A DNA stretch of 17,264 nucleotides from positions 1 through 17,264 of the forward strand of contig JBEKZX010000032.1 of the NCBI GenBank assembly GCA_049509455.1, given 5' to 3'. Of the stretch, positions 7,660 to 14,720 are shown piece after piece. Each line of letters begins with the position of its first letter. The first letter of the stretch is position 1. A program made the translations under genes and the position numbers. The notes beneath the pieces were generated by a model, which made no database searches, was not told where the DNA came from, and saw only the letters and a program-made list of their open reading frames with translations. This DNA comes from Conexivisphaerales archaeon. Lineage in GTDB: Archaea > Thermoproteota > Nitrososphaeria > Conexivisphaerales > DTJL01.

Positions 7660-9063
7660 AAGGTTGCGCTCGTGGTCCCGCCTCTCCCTGGCGGAGTTCT
7701 ACGTGATTCTGTCTGCGTCTCGCCACCATTGAACGTGACATATTTAGGGGCGGTCTTGAGGTCCGGTGGTCACGAAGTCGCAATCGTCGACTCTCCAGCC
7801 TCACGGCTTGACGAACTCAAAGCAGCGGAGAAAGTGAAGTCTTTCGGGCCCGACCTAGTCGGCATATCTTCACTTTCGCAGACCTACAACAGTTCCCTAA
7901 AAGTTGCACACGCCATCAGGGAGATCCTTCCAGATGTTCCCATTTCCACAGGCGGTCCACATGCGACCTTCTTCGACCGTCAGACGGCACAACACCCCGA
8001 TGTTGACATAGTCGTACGTGGAGAAGGAGAGGCCACCATCGTGGACTTGGCGAACCAGCTTGAAGCGGGACATGGGTTAGATGCCGTCCTCGGAATCACC
8101 TACAAGGAAGGCGCCAGAGTCATCTCGAACGGGGATAGACCTTTCATACAGGACTTGGACTCCTTGCCTTTTCCCGCTTACGATCTTATTCCCCTCTCTC
8201 TGTATGGAGCCTTGCGAGGAAGGAAGATCTTCCTCCTGCTCTCAAGCAGAGGGTGTCCCTATGGATGCGGTTTCTGCATTATGTATAAGATGGATGGCAA
8301 CAGGGTCCGCGCTAGATCTCCAAAGAACGTTGCGGACGAAATCGAGCTTCTGATCAGCCTTGGCGCCGATTCCTTCTCCTTCTGTGACGAGACTTTCACC
8401 TTCAATGCGAAAGGGGTAGAAGGCATTTGCGACGAAATCCTAGCCCGTCGACTCGAGATACCTTGGGACTGTCAAACGCGCTCAGACTTGCTCAAGCCAT
8501 CGTTGCTAGAGAAGATGAGGAAGTCTGGCTGTGAGCTCATCTGCTTGGGCGTGGAATCAGGCTCACAGCGGATACTCGATAGAATGAAGAAGAGGACAAC
8601 CGTCGCGATGAACCTGGAAGGCGTTCGCGCGATCAAGAAGGCCGGAATTGCCGTTTCGACGAGCTTGATTATTGGTTATCCGGGGGAGGACGCGGAGAGC
8701 CTGGAAGAGACCATCAGGTTCGTCAAGACGACATCGCCGGACATAGCCTATCTCAACATAGCTACGCCATTTCCCGGGACGGAGTTTTACGATGAGGTTT
8801 CCTCTTCGGGGCTTATTCAGGAATTCGAATGGCAGAAATATGACATAACGATGCCCGTCTTTGAGACGACTACGATGAAAAAGGAAACATTGCTTAGGGC
8901 ACGGCGGTCCTTCTACAACTCTTGGTACTCTCTTGGCTACGTCCTTAGGAACCTCACAAAGGAGAATTTCTACAATAGGACTATGGGCTGGTTCGCGCTG
9001 AATTACATCAAATGGCGGTTTACGAACTCTCTTAAGAAGGGCGTATTCCGAAGCTTCAGATGA
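7660..9063 (+). CDS. B12-binding domain radical SAM enzyme (class B methyltransferase-like)
   Basis: N-terminal Rossmann-type B12 domain (KVALVVPP...PDLVGIS...GGPHAT...VRGEGE), SRGCPYGCGFC (CX3CX2C), GVESGSQRIL and IIGYPGE. Homology begins at 7660, upstream of the ORF-track GTG at 7672. Confidence 0.92.
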   Translation, partial: KVALVVPPLPGGVLRDSVCVSPPLNVTYLGAVLRSGGHEVAIVDSPASRLDELKAAEKVKSFGPDLVGISSLSQTYNSSLKVAHAIREILPDVPISTGGPHATFFDRQTAQHPDVDIVVRGEGEATIVDLANQLEAGHGLDAVLGITYKEGARVISNGDRPFIQDLDSLPFPAYDLIPLSLYGALRGRKIFLLLSSRGCPYGCGFCIMYKMDGNRVRARSPKNVADEIELLISLGADSFSFCDETFTFNAKGVEGICDEILARRLEIPWDCQTRSDLLKPSLLEKMRKSGCELICLGVESGSQRILDRMKKRTTVAMNLEGVRAIKKAGIAVSTSLIIGYPGEDAESLEETIRFVKTTSPDIAYLNIATPFPGTEFYDEVSSSGLIQEFEWQKYDITMPVFETTTMKKETLLRARRSFYNSWYSLGYVLRNLTKENFYNRTMGWFALNYIKWRFTNSLKKGVFRSFR

Positions 9064-9145
9064 GATATCTGACCCAGGTCAGACCAAACCATACTCAGCA
9101 ACTTGGCGAAAGGGTGTTGCTCTATTTATTTTACCCCACAGCATA

Positions 9146-9154
9146 CTTATAAAT
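9146..9154 (+). promoter_or_regulatory. Candidate TATA box for the NrdJ-like gene
   Basis: CTTATAAAT lies about 31 nt before TTG 9186. Confidence 0.55.
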
Positions 9155-9185
9155 GAAATGACGCCGAAATTGGCAGGAACGCGAC

Positions 9186-10775
9186 TTGACTGGTCGTACG
9201 CGGTTCTTCCCTCCTTTAACTAAAAGCGCGTACGACCACAGCCTGTCGCGATACGTGCTGAAGGATGGCGCCGGCGTACCAGTTGAATCTTATCAGGAGA
9301 TGTTCCGACGCGTGTGCGATTATGCTCTGAAACGTGAGGGCAGTGGCGCCGGCGGAGAGGTCGTCGCAGATTTTCGCAACTTGATAACGGGGTTAGTGTT
9401 CCTTCCCGGCACCCCTGTGTTGGTCGGTGCAGGCGTCGAAGGTGCCCAGCTCTTTGCAGCGGTGGCGTTCCCCTTCAGGCCCTTCGCCCTTACTCGCTCC
9501 TTGCTGGTCACGTCTCAGCGTGGGGGCGCTGGGACCTCCTATTGTATCAGGTCGCGTCACGGCGAACAATGGGATCGAATACGGTATCGCATTAGTCAAC
9601 TTGACAAGGCCACTCGATCCGTTAAACAGGGCGGGTGCAGGCAAGGCTGTAGCCTCGCGGTCATGAGGGCTGATGACCCAAACGTAGACCAATTCGTTAT
9701 GGCTAAGCTGGATAGGAACCTAGCGCCTAACACGGGCACCAGTGTTGCCCTCAATGATTCGCAAATGGAGGAACTGGCTGGGGGAGGTGACGAGGATCTC
9801 TTTTCTAGGATGACTGAAGCCATTCATGAAGTCGGCGAGCCTGGTGTCATATTCAGTGATGAAGTCAATAGGGAAAATCCAATCTCGCATTTAGGCCATA
9901 TTGGCGCTTCCAGCGCCTGCGCAGAAGTCCCTCTGATGGATTATGAAGCGTGTCAGTTGGGGGCTGTCGACGTAAGCAAGCTCATCTATGATGGTGATTT
10001 CGACTTCGACCTCCTGAAAAGGGCCACCAAATCGGCCGTGAGGTTCTTGGACGACATGATCGATTTGACGTCATACCCTGACGAAAGGGTTCGATGTGCG
10101 ACCATGTCGTCTAGGAAGATGGGGGTTGGAGTCATGGGCCTGGCTGACCTGTTCGCTTCACTGGAACTGCAGTACGGAGAGGATGATTCTGTCCAGCTGT
10201 GCCGTGAGATAGCCTCCACAATGCGCCTCGCAGCAATGGAAGAAAGCAAGACGTTGGCCGAGGAACGCGGGTCATGCCCTGCGTTGGAGGAAATCGGAGT
10301 GATGAGGAGGAACGCAACGTTGCTCGCCATCCCGCCCTCAGGTTCGATAAGCCTGATTGCTGGCTGCTCAAGCGGGATAGAGCCCTATTTCTCCTTTCCA
10401 GTGACGATGCATCGGGTCGAAGGTACAGGCCGGCTCGAAGTTAGCCGAGTCCTTGTGGAGCGTCTCAAGCGTTTAGGATTTCGAGTTTCCGCGGAGGGTC
10501 TCCTAGACGTGCCGACGTCGTCGCGCTTGGGCTTGGAGCTCCGGAGTGCTCATCACATCTTCAGGACAGCCACTGAATTGGCCCCAGAACGGCACTTGGC
10601 GATCGCCAAGGCATTTCAGACATACTTCGACAATTCCGTCTCCAAAACGGTCGCGCTGCAAGAAGAGTCCTCTCCAGAAGAAGTAAGCAAGATAATTGTC
10701 CAAGCGTGGAGGATGGGCTTGAAAGGAATTTCGATTTTCAGGCCTGCGAGCGGTGAAAGGCTGATCTACAGTTGA
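9186..10775 (+). CDS. Divergent class II (adenosylcobalamin-type) ribonucleotide reductase homolog
   Basis: NrdJ blocks are recognisable throughout: FLPGTP, KQGG, GEPGVIF, DYEACQLG, AVRFLDDMID, RKMGVGVMGLAD, RNATLLAIPPSGSIS, SSGIEP, FQTYFDNSVSKT and KGISIFR. There is no class I Tyr-Tyr pair. Catalytic positions are altered (see findings). Confidence 0.88.
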   Translation: MTGRTRFFPPLTKSAYDHSLSRYVLKDGAGVPVESYQEMFRRVCDYALKREGSGAGGEVVADFRNLITGLVFLPGTPVLVGAGVEGAQLFAAVAFPFRPFALTRSLLVTSQRGGAGTSYCIRSRHGEQWDRIRYRISQLDKATRSVKQGGCRQGCSLAVMRADDPNVDQFVMAKLDRNLAPNTGTSVALNDSQMEELAGGGDEDLFSRMTEAIHEVGEPGVIFSDEVNRENPISHLGHIGASSACAEVPLMDYEACQLGAVDVSKLIYDGDFDFDLLKRATKSAVRFLDDMIDLTSYPDERVRCATMSSRKMGVGVMGLADLFASLELQYGEDDSVQLCREIASTMRLAAMEESKTLAEERGSCPALEEIGVMRRNATLLAIPPSGSISLIAGCSSGIEPYFSFPVTMHRVEGTGRLEVSRVLVERLKRLGFRVSAEGLLDVPTSSRLGLELRSAHHIFRTATELAPERHLAIAKAFQTYFDNSVSKTVALQEESSPEEVSKIIVQAWRMGLKGISIFRPASGERLIYS

Positions 10776-10916
10776 GCGATGTCCAGTCGCGTCATGGTCG
10801 GTCGTGTATCGGGTGGGTACGAAATACTTGTGCATCCTGGCCCGCATGGTCCTGTCGAAGACGCTAGGCGACGGTGTCCGGTCCGTACTGACTGCACGAG
10901 ATCCCTTGGCCCTGGG

Positions 10917-11936
10917 TCAAGCGGGGTACGCGCCACATACTCGACAATAGTTCTTTCCATGCTCGACTCCGCTTCCGCAGCATCGGCACTTCTTCTCCAG
11001 GTCCGGGTAGGCGGGTTTGTCCCCAAACTTGCTAACATAGTACCGATAGCATATCAGCTGTTCCTTGTTCCTAAGGGCAAGTCCGTTGCGGGCCAACCTC
11101 TCCTTCTCCTTGGCGAACTCCCCGTCGGAGATCTCCTCATCAGCGAGGACTTCGGCATAAGTCGTCCCCGTTCCCGCCTCTATGGGGGCCTTGGGCCTCC
11201 AAAGTATCTCGTCGGGAAGAAGGCCCCTATGCGCTTGCCGCACGATCCATTTCCCCCACCGCTGCCCGTTGACTTCTCTCACCTTCAGATCGGCTGGGAC
11301 GCTCTTGGAGAACTGTAGGAAATCGGCGTGCAGGGCCGGGATATCGACCTCGATGCCCACGTACCTTCCCAAATCTCTTGACGTGAACGACATGACGGCC
11401 CACATAGCCTCAAGCGCCTTCTGCAGGTCCCCGTAATCGGTCATGTCCACGAAGAAGCTGTACCCAGCATAGAGCTCGTCGAAAGCATCCCCTGTCAGCA
11501 CCCTGCGCATGCCGTGATCCTTCGCCAATCTGAGCGCCAGGTAGATGGAGGCGCTGTTCCTGACTTCGACTGGGTCGAAGGTATGGAGGGCTTCGATGAC
11601 GTGATGTGAAGCGTCCGTGTACTCTTCAAGGTCGAACTCATGGAAGAAGTGTTCCATCCCCAGCAGTGACGCCACCCTCTTTGCGTAGGGCGGGTCTGAT
11701 GGGCTCCCCATGGTGAAGGCGACCGTGGCCGCCTTAGGCCTAGAACTGCGTGTTGCCGAATATGAAACAACGCTCGTGTCAAGGCCGCCAGAAAGCAGTA
11801 TGCCGTCGGCCTTGGCTTCAGCCGTAGCTTGGTTGAGGATTGTCCTTAGAAGTGCGGAACATCTACGTAGACTCGATTCGTCCGGCAGGCCCACGAAATG
11901 TGGATGTATCCTGTGCGCAGATAAGTCTTTAATCAC
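10917..11936 (-). CDS. Asparagine-synthase-like ATP pyrophosphatase (synthetase domain only) with C-terminal zinc ribbon
   Basis: LLSGGLDTS PP-loop, VLTGDAFDELYAGY and GKWIVR...LPDEILWRPKAP. It ends with CRCC...CRVCGAYP. There is no N-terminal Ntn glutaminase domain. Confidence 0.85.
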   Translation of the reverse strand: MIKDLSAHRIHPHFVGLPDESSLRRCSALLRTILNQATAEAKADGILLSGGLDTSVVSYSATRSSRPKAATVAFTMGSPSDPPYAKRVASLLGMEHFFHEFDLEEYTDASHHVIEALHTFDPVEVRNSASIYLALRLAKDHGMRRVLTGDAFDELYAGYSFFVDMTDYGDLQKALEAMWAVMSFTSRDLGRYVGIEVDIPALHADFLQFSKSVPADLKVREVNGQRWGKWIVRQAHRGLLPDEILWRPKAPIEAGTGTTYAEVLADEEISDGEFAKEKERLARNGLALRNKEQLICYRYYVSKFGDKPAYPDLEKKCRCCGSGVEHGKNYCRVCGAYPA

Positions 11937-12227
11937 CCGGGATGCCCCACAGCCTACTTCTTGTCAACTGCATTCGTCCAGCCTGTCAGTTGGCTTCACC
12001 GCACTCACTTCTCTCGATCGGGAATTCACACTAGGGAGTTGAGGCCCGCCAAGCAGGGCAGGGCGCTTGGTGTTAGAGTCACCCGACTCGGACGGTCAGG
12101 TTCTATCTGTTATCTGGATTCCGCCGGTGTCCCTGTCCTTGGGGTCCGAACCGGTGATACTGAACCCTCTACACTGACCATGTGGTGCAGGCTTAACTAA
12201 CTATCCGCTCTATTATTAGTGAAAGGT

Positions 12228-12347
12228 ATGTCTTCCGAGTTCAGGAAGGAGGTCTTCTTCGATATGGAGACGACGGGGCTCTCCCCTTCGACTCCCAGAT
12301 CATCACCATCCAGGTGAGGGTCGACGGCAGGAACATCGTCTGGCCGG
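12228..12347 (+). pseudogene. Direct repeat copy B: frameshifted 5' fragment of the same exonuclease gene
   Basis: Near-identical to 967-1087 from the ATG onward. CTCTCCCCTTCG has one C fewer than copy A, which shifts the frame after TTGLSP. Similarity stops at TGGCCGG. Confidence 0.9.
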
Positions 12348-12379
12348 GATTGGAGCATAGGATGCTATGTTTAAGCCGG
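12342..12379 (+). repeat. Hairpin element copy 1
   Basis: GGCCGGGATTGGAGCATAG-GATG-CTATGTTTAAGCCGG. The first 28 nt are 26/28 identical to 13398-13425. Confidence 0.8.
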
Positions 12380-12443
12380 GGCGGATTCGTGGCTATTTCG
12401 GCACTAGACTGCCGTTCTCCGCCAACTCGGACATTGATTCTAA

Positions 12444-12473
12444 CCGAGTTTGAAGCATAGGATACTGTGCTTT
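12444..12473 (+). repeat. Hairpin element copy 2 (more diverged)
   Basis: CCGAGTTTGAAGCATAG-GATA-CTGTGCTTT is 21/26 identical to 12344-12369 and offset from it by exactly 100 bp. Confidence 0.65.
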
Positions 12474-12577
12474 TGTCTTCAGACTCTGGCTTCCCGCTTT
12501 CCAGAGGCCAATGCGAGATGAGGTCTCAATCCTTATTACTTCGTCCTCGCCACTCTCATAACAGAAGGTGTCTTCGG

Positions 12578-12679
12578 ATGTTCGTGGTGTGGGCTGACTT
12601 CTCCAGGCTCCGTATCGTCCTTCTCCTCATGACCGTGATCGCCGTCGTGGTGCTTCTCGTAACCGCTTTCTTGAAATGA
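12578..12679 (+). CDS. Possible 33-aa single-helix membrane peptide
   Basis: MFVVWADFSRLRIVLLLMTVIAVVVLLVTAFLK; this is the hydrophobic tail of ORF 12467..12679. No homology was recognised. Confidence 0.35.
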   Translation: MFVVWADFSRLRIVLLLMTVIAVVVLLVTAFLK

Positions 12680-12817
12680 AGCCCCTTATCCCAGGCGACT
12701 CTAAACACGCCGTCGCTGTCAAGGTCTGTGTAAGCTGAGATCCATGCTACGGGGAAGAATCATCAGCTCATCGAGCCGGGACCATTGGGTCAAGATGCCA
12801 ACCCAAGTTACGGTGAA

Positions 12818-13264
12818 TCAGGCCTCAAGAGCCTTCTTGAGGTTCTCTAGCATCTTGTAGTCTGCCTTTTCCAGTTCCCTCCGGGCCACCAACGCCTCGA
12901 ACAATTTGCCCAGAACAGAATATTTCATTTCATAGTCTATAGAGTATGTCGCCTTGGTTCCCTTGGTCGTGGGTTCAAGGGTAAATGAGTTGGTCGAATT
13001 GAGGGCGCGCCTGCGTGTTCCCACGGCGCGCATCGTCATCCTCTGGTTCTTGACAAGTTCGGTTACTCTGATGTCCCACTCTCCTCCTTTGTTCCTGCCC
13101 ACGCCAACCACATGCGCAGTTGAGCCGACTGCAATGGGTCCATCTGAGGTCCACTTGATCGTTGTCCACTCCTTCCATATGTCATTCATCTTCTCGCTCA
13201 TCAAGAAAGCAAAGACTTCCTCGGGAGTCGCTAGGATTTCGACAGTCGCAGTTGACTCTGTCAT
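12818..13264 (-). CDS. SRPBCC/START-like (polyketide cyclase-type) ligand-binding protein
   Basis: TVEILATPEEVFAFL...GPIAVGSTAH...RVTELVKNQRM...FTLEPTTKGTKATYSIDY...LENLKKALE is the typical SRPBCC pattern. Confidence 0.88.
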   Translation of the reverse strand: MTESTATVEILATPEEVFAFLMSEKMNDIWKEWTTIKWTSDGPIAVGSTAHVVGVGRNKGGEWDIRVTELVKNQRMTMRAVGTRRRALNSTNSFTLEPTTKGTKATYSIDYEMKYSVLGKLFEALVARRELEKADYKMLENLKKALEA

Positions 13265-13270
13265 GCAGTT

Positions 13271-13305
13271 ACCTCATGATCCTATTTGCGCGCTGAATTT
13301 AAAAG
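13271..13305 (-). promoter_or_regulatory. RBS and TATA for the SRPBCC gene
   Basis: On the minus strand, CTTTTAAAT (13305-13297) is followed by GAGGT (13275-13271) before ATG 13264. Confidence 0.6.
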
Positions 13306-13397
13306 ACTTCCTGAGCCTGGTTCCGCAAGCTCCGCGTTTGGCAGTCCTTCGCTCCTTTGGTGGAGCCACCTACACCCTGAGCGTGGTACCAGATTCA

Positions 13398-13435
13398 GGC
13401 CGGGAAGGGAGCATAGGATGCTATGCTCAAACCAG
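13398..13435 (+). repeat. Hairpin element copy 3
   Basis: GGCCGGGAAGGGAGCATAG-GATG-CTATGCTCAAACCAG has perfect 8-bp arms GAGCATAG/CTATGCTC (13409-13428). It overlaps the stop codon of the surface-protein gene. Confidence 0.8.
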
Positions 13436-14720
13436 ATTCTGATGACGTCGCAGCCTGCGCTCGACGAGTACGGCCATGAGCACGCCGATGAAGACTGTGA
13501 AGAACGGGAGGGACGCCGGGAACTCCGGTATCGGAGTTGCCGTTGATATTTCTACCAGGTGGGGTCCAGGGGAGAGCTGGAACACTATCGTCGCGTAGGT
13601 CGCGTTCTGGGAGATCGTGTAGGATTGGTTCTCGCCGTCGACGCTGAGGAGGAGCGGCGCTGGAAGGAGCCCGGCCGGCACCGCGACGGACGTCTGGATC
13701 GCGCCAGCAGGCGGCCTATGGGTTCGAAATGAAATCAGGCGGGAGCCCTGGTCGAAGGTCAAGTTGGTCACCCATGCATTCGCCTCCACTGCCACGGCGG
13801 GGGCCTGGAGCAGATAGGTGCGGTCAGGCAGTGTCAGCAGGGCGTTCCGCACTGTCAGCAGGCTGTCAAAGAAGAGGCCTTGGGCCAATTGCTGCTGGGC
13901 TAGGGCAAGCGCAGGGTTCCCGGGGCCTAGGATGGGCGTCGCCCACTGCATCATGAACTCCGGATTTAAGGCCGCCATGAATTCGTCCGGTGAAAGCACG
14001 ACCCCACCCGCACGTTGGAGGTCCCCTGCGAACTGTGGCGTCTCCGCAAAGCTCTGACCCGGCTGAACCAGGGAAATCTGTATCGCAGCAAAGACCGGAA
14101 AGTTCAGGCTTTCATCCCTAGTCGTGTTGATGTAATCGATGTACAGATTCGTGGAGTTGTAGTAGGTCATCTTGATTTGGATCCCCTGTGAAAGATCGCC
14201 TAAGGTGAAATTCACCGTGAAGTCTTGGAATTTGCCAGGTTGATCGAAATCGCTGGACGAGACGGTTCTCTGGGCCAACGTAACAGGCGACGTCGAATTC
14301 TCGGTCACCAGAAGTGAGGCGACCGGGGCCGTGGGTTGGTTATCGGTGACTTTCAACCGATATACCGCGGTGTAGTTGCCCGGCGCGAGGGACATCCACA
14401 CTGGACCGTAAGTGCCGAAAGTTGGAGCTCCCTGGGAGAAGAGGACAGATTGACCGCTGAGGGCATCCGTATCATTGACTACGATCCCGCCCTGCCACGG
14501 ATAGGAAGCCATGTCGATGAAGACTTGATCGGATCTGCGGTTGAGAAGGTCATCTATTATCCACGCGCCGTTGGTCATGTTCAATGCATAACTCTGGCGC
14601 ACTCCAGGCGTGGGAACCCCCCCATACTCGAGGTTGAGGCCCCAATTGAATCCATAGTCGCTCACGATGGCACCTAGGTAGCCGGAGTCGTGTAGGTACT
14701 CGTAGTAGAGGGGCGCCACA
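13427..14720 (-). pseudogene. N-terminally truncated PEF-CTERM cell-surface glycoprotein
   Basis: The C-terminus TPIPEFPASLPFFTVFIGVLMAVLVERRLRR is PEF + TM + basic tail (PEF at 13528-13520). It has many N-x-S/T sequons and a beta-sandwich-like insert. There is no signal peptide, and the ORF-track start (GTG 14746) lies inside the upstream oxidoreductase sequence. Confidence 0.75.

Noticed and set aside
9070-10919. 9-bp inverted match TGACCCAGG (9070) / CCTGGGTCA (10911) around the NrdJ-like gene
   Set aside because: Too short, no target duplication, and the right copy overlaps the AsnB-like stop codon.
13396-13413. CAGGCCGGGAAGGGAGCA resembles archaeal SRP RNA helix 8
   Set aside because: The stem has a G-G mismatch, a 300-nt SRP RNA would overlap two protein genes, and the sequence is explained by hairpin copy 3.
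12342-13435. Hairpin repeats as a CRISPR array
   Set aside because: Only three copies with very unequal gaps (roughly 65 and 925 nt), and no cas genes.
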